NCBI RefSeq assembly: GCF_036321535.1
Contig: NC_087472.1
Span: 101,806,001-101,870,000, forward strand
Reading direction: 5' to 3'
Length of the DNA: 64,000 nucleotides
Source of the DNA: Camelus dromedarius
Lineage: Eukaryota
This document shows positions 23,880-37,224 of this stretch, one piece after another; positions within the stretch are counted from its first letter, which is position 1, and each line of letters begins with the position of its first letter. The notes beneath the pieces were generated by a model. The model saw only the letters and a list, made by a program, of their open reading frames with translations. It was not told the origin of the DNA and searched no databases. Position numbers and translations under genes: made by a program.

Positions 23880-24125
23880 GAGATAAGAGTGTAGACTCTT
23901 TGGACATGGATTCAAATCTTAGCTTGCCCATGTATAAGCTGTGTGACCTTAGACATGTAACTTACTTCTTGGAGCTTTGGTTTCCTCATCTAGAAAATGG
24001 AGATAAAAGCAGTCCTTGATGGATCAGATTGCTGTGAGAATGAAATGCTACAGTACGTGTAAAGTGCTTGGAACAGGGCCAGGCATACCCCAAGTCTTTA
24101 ATATATGTTAGTAAATACTAGCCTT
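23880..24125 (+). mobile_element. MIR SINE
   Basis: gctgtgtgaccttagacatgtaac...tttcctcatctagaaaatggagataa...aaagtgcttggaacagggccaggcat. Confidence 0.85.
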
Positions 24126-24184
24126 ATTCCTATAAGTAGGCAGCTATAATCAACTAAATCTCACTAAGGCTATAAAGGGTAAGA

Positions 24185-24445
24185 TGGCACAACGGTTAAG
24201 AGTCCATAGGCTCTGGAGCAAGGTTGTCTGGAAGAGAATCCTGGGCCACCTCTTCCTAGCTGTGTGACCTTGGGCAAGTTACTTAACTTCTCAGAGACTC
24301 AAGTCATTCCTCTAAAAAAAGGGGAAATGGTAACACCTAGCTCTCGGGGCTATTGATTGTGTGATTGAAATGACTTAAGACACACATCAATTACTTCTAA
24401 CAGTACCTGCACCTTGTAAGCATTCAGTAGATGTTAGCTAATCTT
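24185..24445 (+). mobile_element. MIR SINE (second copy in tandem)
   Basis: ctagctgtgtgaccttgggcaagttacttaacttctc. Confidence 0.85.
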
Positions 24446-24468
24446 ATTGCTAGCATCTATTCTGACTT

Positions 24469-24988
24469 TGAGGATGATTATTAAAATGGCTGCAGATTCA
24501 CCCTCTCCCTGCATTCACACCCTTGTAATATGACACTGCAGATCTCCCATCAAGTGCTGGGAGTCGATTTTCCCACTCCTTGAATCAGAGCTGGCCATGT
24601 GACTTGCTTTGGCCAATGGACCATTAGCAAACATAATGCAGCAGAGGCTTGGAAAAGTGTTTGTGAACTGGGACTTGCCCTCTGTTGCTGCTCTTGGGAG
24701 CCCTGTGTCTAGCTTGTAAACAAGCCCAAGCTAGCCTGCTGGAGGAGAAGGGGCTGCATGGACGAGAACTGAGGCATCCTAGCCAACAGCCATACTGGTG
24801 GCCCAGCCATGATGCATGTGGCCTGCTGGCCACAGATGCACACATGAGCCCAACAGAGCTAAGCTGAGCCAGGCCAGAAAGAAGAACTGCCCAGATGACC
24901 CACAAAATTAGGAGCCAAATAAATGGTGGTTGTTTTAAGCCATTAGGTTCTGAGGTAGTTTGTTACACAGCACAAGCTACCTGAGCCA
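24469..24988 (+). mobile_element. MaLR (MLT1F/H-like) solo LTR
   Basis: cccactccttgaatcagagctggccatgtgacttgctttggccaatgg...aataaatggtggttgttttaagccattaggttctgaggtagtttgttacacagca. Confidence 0.85.
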
Positions 24989-25099
24989 GGCCTTCTAGAG
25001 TTTAAATGCAATTCCATGTTTTATTCTTACTCCTGAATCCTTATTGGCCACGCTTTGGTGGCCAGCCTAACAACTAGAAATTGTAAGGCATTTTAAAAT

Positions 25100-25101
<2 letters not shown>

Positions 25102-25141
<40 letters not shown>
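25102..25141 (+). repeat. (CA)n microsatellite
   Basis: Uninterrupted CA run of about 19 units. Confidence 0.95.
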
Positions 25142-25143
<2 letters not shown>

Positions 25144-25729
25144 CAAGCTCTGTGACTTGGCTAACCAGTTTTTCTAAAGAGAGCAAAACCCCCTCAAGAC
25201 ATTTCTATTAAAAACAGCTTAAGAGGAAAAGCTTCTCAGTATAATTATAGACACATAGATGGGATCTAAAAGTTGGAATGTAACAAGCAGAAAACTTTGT
25301 GGGTGGAAGGGACATTAAAACACAGGGCGGGTTCTAAACAATTATAAGCTTCCACTCATGCAACTTGGGACTCATTAGGCCAAGGGGCTAGAACTGGCTC
25401 ATGGCCACATCCTCTGGAAAGTTTTCCACAGCTCTTCTAACTAGCGTCCGCCTCTTCTTATTGACTCCCCATACCTGGGCTCTGCATTAGGCTTTTGATC
25501 ACATATGATCTCACGTGGCACATGGGGAGCCTCATTCTCATGTGCTTCTGCATCTTGTCTACCCAGCAAAATGCTCTATTCCTTGAAAGGATAAGCTTGT
25601 CTCCATTCCTCACAGCACTGAGTAAAGTTCCAGGCACAAATTAGGCAGTCAAGAAAATCTTATCAGATTGCATAAAAGTAAACCATGCATTTTAGAAATT
25701 CTCAGAAATGAATATGTATTTGGTATGCA

Positions 25730-26315
25730 GGGAGAAGAGCAGAGCAAGAGAGACTAAGAGCACTGACTCCAATGCCAGACTGCCTGTGTTTTGTCCCTTT
25801 CATCCTCCAAATTACTAACTTGACCTTAGTTTCCTCATCTGTGAATGGTGATAATAAAAGCAGCTCCCTCCCAGCTGCCATGGGGATGAAGTGAGGTAAT
25901 AGATGGAAAGCATGATATCTCTACCACAGTATATTCTTTGGCAATAAAAAGGAACAAACTCCAGACACATTATACTCAGTGAAAGAAGCCAATCACAAAA
26001 GATCACATATTATATGATTTCCCTTATATGAACTTTCCAGAAAAGGCAAATTCAGAGAGACAGAGAAAGGAGGTTGGTGGCTGTAAGTGGGCACAAGGGG
26101 CAAGAGAAACATTCTACGATCAGACTGTGACAATGGTAGCATGATTTGGTAAACTTACTTTAAAAAAATCATTGACTGGTACACTCAAAACAGGTGAATT
26201 TTATGGTATGTAAATTATACTTCAATAAAGCAATTTAAAAACATGTAAAAGGTTTAGAGAACAGTGCCTGGCCCAGAATGAGCACTGCCTAAGTGTTTAT
26301 CAAATAAAATAAATA
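25730..26315 (+). mobile_element. MIR interrupted by an L1MB-type 3' fragment (~25925-26240)
   Basis: MIR core ccttagtttcctcatctgtgaatgg, then L1 agtgaaagaagccaatcacaaaagatcacatattatatgat...ttcaataaagc, then the MIR tail acatgtaaaagg...acagtgcctggc. Confidence 0.75.
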
Positions 26316-27344
26316 AAAATTATTCTTGGAAAAACTGAGCTTAGCAGTGTTCCCAAGGATGCTGAACCACTCTCATCTTTCTAACCCCTTGCTCACCCTA
26401 CCTCATCCTAGGAATCTAAACCCAGGGAATCCTCTTCCCATGAGTCCAGGATGCTGCTAAGCCAGCCATATGTGTCTCTTTGGCTGCTACTGTCCCTCCT
26501 ACTGCCAAAATGCTACACAGTTTATTAAATGCCTCTTGTTTAGGTAGCTCCCTATGCCAAGCTGTGTTTTATTATATTGAGCCAACTGCTCTTATGCAAG
26601 GTTTTGCGGGGCAGCGGGGAGGTGTTGAGGGGAGGGAATGATCACACTATTGAGGGAGGGAGATTCCTTAAAACCATGACTCCAAAAACAGCTGCTGATT
26701 ACTCACAGAAGCCCACACAGCCCTGCCCTTGACAAATGTCATGCCACAGGGTAGCTTTAATCCTGATCAAAGCTTGGACAACAATACCCTCCTGGGCGGA
26801 AAGAAGGAGAGCTGGGGAGGGACGGGAGAGTTCCTGAAAGTAAAAAGGGAAATGGGACAGGAGAGGAAAGCCAGTTTGAAACAGATTTACAGCAAGGCTC
26901 TGCCACATATGCAGGAATAGGGAGTGTCTGATTTGTAATAAGGTCCTGGAACAGACCAGAGTCCCAAGCATACAATTCTTGTCAACTTGTGGCTTTAGCA
27001 TCTTGCCCCAAACCATCTGCACGGAGTTCTCACTCCGCCCTGTTTTATCTCCTGGCCTTTATTATAAACTGGCCCAGCCACTGGGTTCCCACCAGGTCAC
27101 ATGCTCAGTTGCTCGCCATTTCCCACACTGATGCTGTTGAGACTATCTTCCCAGCCACTTAAGCGCATCCATCCAAGTTTTTTGAGAGGGAAAGAAATAT
27201 GACTCCATCTCCCCCACAGTCTCCTCAGACTTGGCAAAACGGATACCGGGAGTCATGCCCAGACCTAGTCCAACCAATGTCAATACACGTGCAATCATTC
27301 AAAGATTATTTACTGAGCACCCCACGTGACAGGTCCTGGGGTTC

Positions 27345-27525
27345 CTACCCTGGCGGTGCATGTAAAACTTGAGCACGCATCAGGATCTCCCAGAGAAATA
27401 TTAAAACACAAATTCCTGGCCCTACCCCCAGTGCTCCTAATCCCAGAGTTGGCCTTTCAAACCAGCTCCCAGGTGGTGCTAACGTTGTAGATCCATGGAC
27501 AAAACCTGGAACAGCACTGTTCTAG
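27345..27525. mobile_element. MER5A-like hAT MITE
   Basis: aaactttgagcacgcatcaggatctccc...ttaaaacacaaattcctggccctacccc...ccagctcccaggtggtgct. Confidence 0.65.
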
Positions 27526-27980
27526 AAGCAACAAACGGAGTAACACATGGAGCTAGCCTCAAGTAGCTAATAATCTATTACTGGATAAGACACGTATGAG
27601 CACATGAACATGCCCCAAGCAAAAATATAACACCATGCCAAACGTGGTAAGTCTTAGCTTGAGGAGAGACCCAGACAGCAAGTGAGGGAAACTGAGCAGA
27701 GGGGTTGGGCTGAAGTGGTATCTGTGTGTGCACATTACGTCTGTGGGCCTCTATCTCCGGACATGAGTTCTTTGTGGGCAAAGATCTCATCTCACTCATT
27801 TTTCCACTTCTAACACCTAGAATAATGCCTGCTACACAGTGGATGCTTGATGGAATGTTTATAGAATGAACAAGAGAATGAATAGACACAAATGCCAGCA
27901 GTCACCCACTGCAGTGGCTGTAACAAAATCTCATGTCCTGGTTGTGCCTTCCTCTGCCTTGTCAAAAATCAATGTGTCAA

Positions 27981-28167
27981 TTATTACATACAAAATAGAT
28001 CAACAACAAGTTTCTACCATATAGCACAGGGAACTATATTCAATATCTTATAGTAACCTATAATGAAAAGGAATACATGTATGTATATGTATAACTGAAA
28101 CATTGTGCTGTACACCAGAAACTGACACAACATTGTAAACTGACTATACTACAATAAAAATTTAAAA
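27981..28167 (+). mobile_element. L1 3' end with TSD
   Basis: L1 tail tatagcacagggaactatattcaatatctt...caataaaaa. 17-bp TSD aaaaatcaatg(t/c)gtcaa at 27964-27980 and 28168-28184. Confidence 0.9.
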
Positions 28168-28349
28168 AAAAATCAATGCGTCAACAAGCATTAAAAGAGC
28201 ATGAGGACTGTGCCTGGAACATGTCTGTCCTGGATCCCACAGTGAACATGACATATGTGGTTCCTGGCCTCCTAAAGCTGAGTCTGAGGTTCTTCTGCAG
28301 ATGACACTCTCCATACTGGAGCCCGCTGGAGCCTTGTCTAAGATCCATC

Positions 28350-28580
28350 TCTGGCTGGAACGCCAGACTCCCTGGCCCTGAATCCTGGTTTGCTGGCTCT
28401 GGGTCTTAGGGTCAGTTACCTAACCTCTCTGTGCTTCTGTTTCCTCATCCCTAAAATGGGGACAATAGTAAAAACCCTGTGAAAAGACTAGAGTGTAGAC
28501 TGAGAGGCACTTAGAACAGTGCCTGGTACACAGAAAGTGGTTGTTAAATGCTCACTTCTTTTTATTATCATTATTATTAC
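28350..28580 (+). mobile_element. MIR SINE
   Basis: gttacctaacctctctgtgcttctgtttcctcatccctaaaatggggac...gcacttagaacagtgcctggtacacag. Confidence 0.85.
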
Positions 28581-30639
28581 CACCGTATTAGGATTTTCAT
28601 CATTATTATCATCAACAAAAGCTGACACTCTCGGGAGCACAAGATGCTATCAGCTTATAAAGTGTGAAAGTGAGAAGTAAGGATTTAAAGAAAACACGCG
28701 TTCCGAGCCTCAAAAAGCCCAGCCCACGCTGATCGTTTCCTTCCTCCACCCTCATTTTTCCTGCTCGCCCCCAATCTGCTCTCGTAACCACTCCTAGAAA
28801 CACCCAACCTGTTTAGAAATTAGGACTGGTGCCCGAGTGGCTTGAGTCCAGCCCCAAGCTGGCAGGATGGAGGTGAGACGGGCCTCTCTCATTCAGCCAC
28901 ACACAGTTAACCTGTCACCCTTTTGGAACCCAGTAACTCCAATGTAACTCTCCTGCGAGGTGGCAGCTGGTGGGCTTTGGCAAAGCACACAACAGGAGCA
29001 CGTTCTTCCAGCGACCCAGGGTGCCCAGGAGAAGGTCTTAACATGGCTCCAGCTCAGGCTTCCATCTAATTAAACTGGTGTAACCACGCTCAGTGGCGTG
29101 CTGCCTCTGCCAGATACAACCCCTTCTCTCCTCTGGACTTCTTCTTGGGTTCACAGTTTATCAATCCCCAGCATGGAAATGAGGATGACCAGATTAAAAG
29201 ATAGCTGCTCTGCCCTCTTCCCGCCCTCCCTGCCCTGCAGACAAGTATCTGCCATCTCTGTTTATCCAAGCTGGCTCAGAGGCCTTGCAGTGGGCATGGC
29301 TTTTAGAAACCAACAGGCCAAACTCCTCTGGGTTAACAAATGGACTTCATTTTGTAATTTAGCATAAGGTCTCCCAGGGGCCAGGAGTTCATATGTTATA
29401 CAAACCAACATACCCTCAGCCTGCCTGCCTCAAAAAGACACAGGGTCCATGCTGGCATCTGGCCAGCTGAGATGACAGGTAACAAAATGGGTCTCACATT
29501 CTTGCTGCCACTTCTAAACTCCTTCCTCTCAGGAGGAGGCTACTTGCCTGCAAAAATCTCCAGGAAATTCTGTCAGGAGCTCAGTTATCACAGCCTTGGA
29601 TACAAACTGAGTGCCAACTTGCAATTCATGCCTCAAGAGCCATTTAGGAGCAACATGGTGGCATTTAGGGAAGAGTTCAAGTGCCTAAAGAAGCAAAAGC
29701 AGCCAAACTCTGAGTCGAGATTCATATGAACAGAGCAACAGCATTTATACTATTTGGGATGGGAAGTGAAGACACAACAAAAGAATAAGTGACACCCCAG
29801 TAAATCCACTACTACCATGATCTCCTTTTTTCACCCTGCAGTATTTATTCCTTTATCCATTTGCTCATGTGTTCATCACACTTCATTCAAGTACCAAAGA
29901 CACTGAATATGGTCTACTGGTTGAGGGCAGAGGCTTTGTGTTCAAGCAGACCTGCTCCATTTCCAGTTCTACCATTTGACCAGTTGTGTCCTTGGACAAG
30001 TCATGTGGCTTCTCTAAGCCTCAGGTGTCTAAGTGCAACTTAGTACGGGTATGGGAGCTAAATGACACTATGTATGTAAACCACCTGGCACAACGCCCCA
30101 TACCAGGATGAGCTATAGGATATGTGATAATTGTGATGGTTATGTGATGATGATGTGAATAAGGAAGAGAAGGAGGAAGACCAGTCTTGGGTATTGGGAG
30201 GTAGCCAGTGGTAGCTATTGATCTGGCTATTAGTCTTGTGAAGCTCCTTTTCCAACCTCAAGATTCTCAGACTTTTTTGGATCAGAAACTACATTTGATC
30301 CTTCCCAAGACTTGGGATTCCAGCTCCCAGATTCTAGGGAAGCTAGCCCCTGACAAGGGCAGTGGGCAGGGAAATCCAACAGGGGATTCCATTTTTCTCT
30401 TTGCTGTTATCCTTGATACCCTCTCTTCCGGGACCCTCTGTGATGGCCAAATTGACTGCATGAATAGAAGGAAATCCACCCAATCACCCATCCTCAAGCT
30501 TGGTACCCAACCTGGTAAGGGTAGAATTCAATAGGGACCTTGTTGTAACTGAGCATAAAATTAAGCCCTTTAGACTCTTTTCGTCAATGAACATTCAGTG
30601 GGAAGACAAGATAAAATTGCCATGAGGTTCTTATGATGG

Positions 30640-30970
30640 AGCCCATAGAGTATTATGTGTGCTAGTTTATCAACACATGAAGTAACAAGATCTAGTGGTG
30701 AGTCTACTACCACTATGATTCTGAAATAATGAGCATGTTTTATAATCTCTCTAGGAACTGTGACATAATACAAAAATGCCTATGATTTCTATCAGCAACC
30801 AGGTCACAGGTACACTACTGCAGTTTGAAGCTTTATTCAGAATTGAAGTAAATACCAAATGTCAGTTTAAGGTTAGTGAAACTAAAGGATGTCATTTTTT
30901 TCTGAACTTAGGAATTCTGTCTACAGCCCACTTTGGGGTGGGGGGGGGTCATTCCAGATTAGGATCAACT
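30640..30970. mobile_element. hAT-Charlie-type relic, reverse orientation relative to 3015-3678
   Basis: aaaatgcctatgatttctatcagcaaccaggtcacagg...ggttagtgaaactaaaggatg is reverse-complement-like to the 3050-3280 segment. Confidence 0.5.
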
Positions 30971-32849
30971 GTTATCTGAGAGAGGATTGCTTGCTGGATT
31001 GCTGAAAGAGAAATGGATGAGCCATGTATACCAATGAGGGGTATGTCAACAACTAGGTGTTGGGTAGGGCAGAAGAACAATTCCTAAATATTTAAGTAAT
31101 ACTCTGAGCCCCTGACAATGAAGAAAAGATGATGTTCTGGGGTATGGCATTACAAGCATGGTTGAAACCACAGCTAAAACAATCCCAATGCAAGGGATAC
31201 AGAGATCTGTCCTGGTAAAATTAAAGAGACAGGCTTCTGAATTTTTCTATTTCACTCGCTATCCATTACATTGCTTCTCTTGGTATTAAAAGAACTTCTA
31301 GACCAGTGATCAGGCCTGCCATACCACATCCTTAGATAAACCATCCAACCCACCACAACCTGTAGAAGTTATATGTGTAGGAGGGTGACTTTGGTGGCCA
31401 TTTTTTGTACCGTATGACCCTGACTCTGCTCGTGCCATAGTTGATTGGATCAAGGGTGAGCACCAGATTCAAGAGTAGCCTAACTATTAGCTGGTCAGCA
31501 GCCAATGATATGGCTTGATTTTTCCCTAATGATCTGGGTCCAACAGCCTTTCTTTCTCATGCTCTGCTCCAGAATATGAACTGACACACTCTGCCCGGAA
31601 GCAGTCAAAGCTAAAAGAAAACAGAAGAAAGCCAGATTTTGGCTCAGGGTCATAAGAAGGAAGAACCCAGAAAGAAGCTGAGTGCAGCTAATGGTGGAGG
31701 GCTGCACTGGAGACCATGAGCCCTGATGATGGGTCTCTAGGGTGGCCTCAGATTCATCCTGCCGTCCACTTCCTGTCTCCGAAGTCAAGTCTCATGAATG
31801 GAATTCAGAGGGTTTGTGAAAAAATCATATTTTAGTTTTCACTAACCTGGAACTGAAACTTAGCATTTCCTTCCCCTTCCTCTGGGAAGGCTTCTATAAC
31901 CTCTTAAGACTGGGTGAGGAGCCCCAACAAAGGTGAAAAGCCTCTTTCACCTCCTCTTATCCACACAGGAACAAGACTCATTGTAACACCTACGTACATA
32001 ACTCTGTCTCACTCCAGACCATAAGTTCCTTGAAGACAGGAACACTGTTGGTCTACTTGGAATTTCCAGGGCTTGGAACAGTAAATGTACTGTAGTATAT
32101 ACTGAAGTTAATAAACCTTATTGAATTGATCAAAGAATGAAGTTTCTATAGGAAGTCAGAGAGACATAAAAATAACAACTTAATGAGGGAAGTTTCATGA
32201 CCTAGGCACAGCTCTGAAGAGGAAAATAATGGGGCACATATCAAACCTTATAGGTGAATATTAGAACTAAAGCTTCTCACACAACAGTTGTTAAGGCAAT
32301 TTGGTTCACTGTACATTTACTCTGACCTACCATAGGTCACACTCCCTTCCCATAAGGAATTAACTAATGTGAGAGAGTAAAACATGCAGAAATATCTCAA
32401 ACACAATGCATATACAATGAGATACATACTGTACAAGCTAGATCCTTTGGGGAGAAACTGTCATTAGCACTAAAGTCAGGTGACCTATGTCCAAATCCTC
32501 ACCCCACCATTCATTAGTAGTAGAAACTGACACCAATTGCTAGACCAAGCCTCCATTTCCCTGTCTGCAAAATGGGGCTAATGATACTTACAGAAGAATT
32601 GGGAAGATTAAATGCAACCATTATGCAAAAGGACCTGGTGTCATAACTGGTACATAATACACATTCCTTAAAGGTTTAGATCTTTTCCTTCATATATAAA
32701 CAATGTTTAATTATACATAGTCAGCAAGGTGGTAGTGGTAGAAGACAGGGATTTGATCTATGGCGTGTTCCTCCTAAATCCATTCTACCCCTGACAGTGC
32801 CGGAACCAAATTTTACTGTATTTGGAGCACACTGAAGAGAAGGTTCGGC

Positions 32850-33165
32850 TCAGCGCTCAAAAGCAAAACAGAAATACAGCATGAGCCATATATATACTGT
32901 TAACTTTTCTAGTAGCCACTTTTTAAAAAATAAAAGGAAACAGATGAAATTAATCATATATTTTATTTAACCCAATATATCTAAAATATTTCAATACAGA
33001 ATCAATATAAAATGTACTAATGATATATTTTACATTCTTTTTCTCCTACTAAGTCTTAGAAACCCGGTGTGTATTTGACACTTAGAGTGAGCTTCTAGAG
33101 ACATCTCAGGTGCTCAAAGGCCACGTGTAGCTGGTGGTTGCCACACTGGACAGCACAGGTCTAGC
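32850..33165. mobile_element. MER33-like hAT-Charlie MITE
   Basis: ttttctagtagccactttttaaaaaataaaaggaaacagatgaaattaat...ctggacagcacaggtctag. Confidence 0.8.
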
Positions 33166-33219
33166 TAGCATGGTCCTAGCTACAGGGATTGCCCTACTGG
33201 ACATCAGTTTTGTTAGGAG

Positions 33220-33440
33220 GTGGCTAAGAGCTCAGACTCCAGACCCAGGCTGGGTTCAGATGCTGTCTCTGTCACTTACCAGCTGCCTGATCTTGTGCAA
33301 GTAACTTCATCTCCCTGTGCTTAACTTCTTCATCTGTAACAGGGCAACAGTAAAACCAGCTTCCACACTTAGTGATGATTAAATGAATTAATGCATGCAA
33401 AATGCTTAGAACTACATAAGGAGCATAGTAAGCTTTCCAA
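33220..33440 (+). mobile_element. MIR SINE
   Basis: gtcacttaccagctgcctgatcttgtgcaagtaacttcatctccctgtgc...gattaaatgaattaatgcatgcaaaatgcttagaac. Confidence 0.8.
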
Positions 33441-34164
33441 AAAAAAAAAAAAAAAAAAAGAACTAGTGTTACTATTACAGCTCCAGAGGAGGGGCAGGAA
33501 GAGAGCAGCAGAGAAGTATAAAACCTATAGATGATGAGAGGCTTGCCACTTCCCTTTCAGTGTCATCCAAACTGATGAGGCAACTCTGCTGTCCTCCCTT
33601 ACAGGCCAATGAAAGTGAGAATCTGGGTACACAGTGTCCCAGTGCAAAATGGTTCTTGGAGGGTGGCAGGCCTTCAAGTTTGCAATCTAGAGGCAATCTG
33701 AGGAGCTATGGTTCCAATTAGGAAGGCAAAGCTGGCCCCAATACCATTCCCCACAGCTTGGCAGGAAAAGCCATTTGCAACAAACCAGACCATGTCTCCC
33801 ATTTTCTGTCTTTGTTTCTCTGTTCAAACATTTGTAAGTCATTCTGAATTTGGGAGAGGCAGCAGCAGCAACCGTTTTAAAAGGCAGAGCCAGGATCAAA
33901 CAAAGGCAGGCCAAACACACAAGTGGTCAAGGGCATTAGAAGCTAGAATACAAATCATGAAAATAAAGAAGAAATTCAGAGCAATAAAATTAGCATCTGC
34001 TGAATACAAGCAATTATGTCTTCCTGGAAATAACCTCTGGTTCTTACAGATTAAGAACTATCTGCATCTCTAAACCCCTGATACTCAGACACATCTATTT
34101 CTCTTCCTTGGCATTCCTTGGCCAGGCTTCTACAATATTGTCACAGGTCAATATAGATACCTCC

Positions 34165-34392
34165 ATTTTTATTTACTTTTTAATTGAGGTATCATTTACA
34201 TAAATCTTAGGTGTACAGCTCAAATATGTTTACATATATCTACAGCCAGGTTAACATCTTTCAGGTCAAAATCTGGAATAAATCTAGTGCTCCAGAAGAC
34301 TCCCTGGGGCTCCTCCCCAGATAACCACTCTTCTGACCTCTCTTTTCATAGATTAGCTTTGCCTGGTTTTGAACTTCAAATAAATGATATAC
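34165..34392 (-). mobile_element. Old L1M 3' fragment
   Basis: ttttaattgaggtatcatttacat...ataaccactcttctgacctct...atagattagctttgcctggttttgaacttc. Confidence 0.75.
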
Positions 34393-34769
34393 CTCCCTTC
34401 TCTTTCCTACATGTAACTTAAGCAAATTATACCAGAGATGCAGAAGGAAACGGAGCAATAGGAAGTGACCAAGAACACAAGATCTGTCTCAGTTACATGA
34501 CCTAATATCAAAACAGGGCATCAGAACAGAAGCCCTAAAGAGGCTGATGTACCAACATGCTACACTCAGGTCCCCTGACTCCAACACATGAACACCATCG
34601 TCCTAGAACCCCAGGTGTCCAAATCCACTGCTGGTACTTCTCTGGAGGACATCAGCCTCGTGGCCATCAGGTGCTGAGCTACGTCATAACAAGATTCAGC
34701 TTTATTTGGGGAAAGGCGAGGAGGTCTTGCTCCTCCTGGGGACCTCCTTTTCAGTTTAGCATTCAAGTT

Positions 34770-34985
34770 AAGAGCTGGAATAGCCAGCCTGAGTGTGAAG
34801 CTAGCTTGGTCATTTCCTAACTGTGTGGCCTAAGGTAAGTTTCTTCACTTCTCTGTGCCTCAGTGTCCTCATCTGAAAATGGGGATAGTAACAGTACCCA
34901 CTTCATTAGGTGCTGTAAGGATTAAATGCCTAGAACAGTGCTTGAAACATCGTACTTCATAAAGACGAGCTGCTATTATTATTAC
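34770..34985 (+). mobile_element. MIR SINE
   Basis: cttctctgtgcctcagtgtcctcatctgaaaatggggatagtaacagtaccc...gtaaggattaaatg. Confidence 0.85.
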
Positions 34986-35047
34986 TCCTAGATACTATCC
35001 TTCATGCCTTCAGAGACATCTGGAGGGTAAGGTATAGACCAACGAAT

Positions 35048-35195
35048 ATGCAGCATGCTCATACAAACACAGGCTCCCAGGTGCATGCACACAGGTGCAC
35101 GCATATGCACATAAATGAGTATGCATGTGTGCACACATATCCGTGCACATCTATTTGCACACACGTATGTATGTGCATGCACATGAACACACACC
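35048..35195. repeat. Degenerate alternating purine-pyrimidine (CA/TG) tract
   Basis: gtgcatgcacacaggtgcacgcatatgcac...gtatgtatgtgcatgcacatgaacacacac. Confidence 0.7.
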
Positions 35196-36160
35196 TTCAA
35201 CTCCCCTCTTCTCGGGATACAGATGACAAAAATCTTCCTCACCTTCCTAGAAAGCTCCTGCTCGTTAAAGTCCAGAGGCAAAAGATGAAAGGAAAGGAAG
35301 TGTAAAACAGGGAGAGGAACCTCACTCAGAAAGGAACCTACCTGCCATGAGCAGGTCTGGGGAGTGCAAATATCTCACTCGCTGAAGGCACGCTGAGTTC
35401 ACTCACTCTAAGACGACATTGTGTGAGCTGGAATTCACCAACTGGCCATAAGATACTGGTGGGAGACAAGCCTCCTGGCCCCAAACCACAGAGAAATGGA
35501 GACGGACGATGCTCATTCTCATGAGAGAAAACACTAGTTCTAAAATCCAGGCATCCCAGATTATCATCTTAGAAACTCCATCCACCTCTAGAACGCCATA
35601 CCACCTATAAAATGTTCCAAAGCCCCAGAGCTGGAGAGAGACAGCTAAGTGACATTAGGCAGTATCAAGGAATATTTAACAATGCTAAAGATTTTTTTCC
35701 AGACAGCAATGAAGATTTTCAGAGATGCTATGAACATAGCAAGAACATCTCCTACTAAAACATTTTCTCATGTTATTACAAATCTCCCGTGACATATTTC
35801 TTTCAGCTTCTCACCCAGGAGGCTACCATGGAACAAAAAATATACTGCTACACTTACTGCACAAGAGGGTCAGAAGGAAGCAACTCAAAACCCAAGCTCA
35901 AAAGGTCAGTTCAACAAGGGGCAGGAGTCAGGGGGAGGGGTGATGGGCCAGTGATGGAGTTTAAAGACCCGTGAAATCCCAGAAGGCCAGTTAGGTATTG
36001 TATGATATTTTAAAAGGTCTTTCTAAGCAGAAATAGTTATACCTCTTGAGGGCACCCATAAGGAAGGACCTCAAAGAATTTCAGTCTTCCTGTTGTTTTA
36101 TGATTAAAGAAGAAAGGACTAAAAAATTCTCACTCTCTCTCATCAACCCCCTGTACCGTA

Positions 36161-36162
<2 letters not shown>

Positions 36163-36201
<39 letters not shown>
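36163..36201 (+). repeat. (TG)n microsatellite
   Basis: Uninterrupted TG run of about 19 units. Confidence 0.95.
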
Positions 36202-36203
<2 letters not shown>

Positions 36204-36225
36204 CCACAGTCCAAACTTTATTATT

Positions 36226-36400
36226 TTTTAAATTTTTTAAAACATTTTTATTGAGTTATAGTCATTTTACAATGTGTCAAATTCCAGAGTAGAGCACAAT
36301 TTTTCATTTATACATGAACATACATATATTCATTGTCACATTTTTTTCTGCTGTGAGATACCACAAGATCTTGTATGTATTTCCCTGTGCTGTACAGTAT
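36226..36400 (-). mobile_element. Young L1 3' end with perfect TSD
   Basis: Same subfamily as 3300-3512. Perfect 14-bp TSD caaactttattatt at 36212-36225 and 36401-36414. Confidence 0.92.
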
Positions 36401-37224
36401 CAAACTTTATTATTGACTCAAAATCTTGCTAATACTGTGTATATTTGTTCTTAAAGTGCTAGCCAGAAAATGTTGATATGAGCCAAACTTACTTGGACTT
36501 CAGCCATAGCATGTGTATAAAGACAATGAAATTTTATTTCCTTTTCCTCATCATTAATGAGCTTATTGGCTCAAAGTGCTTTAAAGTTCTCCAAAGTAGT
36601 TCCGTGGTTTATAAACATCAGCATTAATAGCATCCCCAATAAAAACGACAATGTCCACCTGTCTCTTTGGCCTTCTGTTAGACTGCCTAAGAATCAGGGA
36701 TCTGATTACCATTTAATCTCTTCCAGTAAAAAGGAAAAAGGTCAACCAATGCCCACAGGTGCTGGTTAACAGAACTGAATGATTTCATAAAATTAAAGAG
36801 GCGTGCCTTCAAAATTAGAGTCTTGTGACCCTAATGCCTCGCGGACACAGTTTGACTTTTTGGCAGGCATGAAAGAGAAAATTCTTAATTCTAACCTAAA
36901 GGTGAGTTAATGAAAAACCACCCCTTAGCTCTTTACTTTCTGAACGCTGCCCTTCATCTCACAGACACATGAAGACTTTCTCATTGTGGCAAGTCTGGCC
37001 ACCCAGTTTCTTGCCACCCAGCAGACACCAACTGGCACCCAAAAGCTTGGGGAAAATACATCATTAAGACAAAAATTAAAGCCTGCTTTCCTCCAGAAGA
37101 GTTAGCAATGTGACTTACTGATTACATTTTTATGATAATAAAAGCTGTTTAAGTCAGCTCATAAACATCATGCTAAATTTTTTTTTAATGTATTAAGCTT
37201 AATTTTGCTATACAAAGAAAAACT

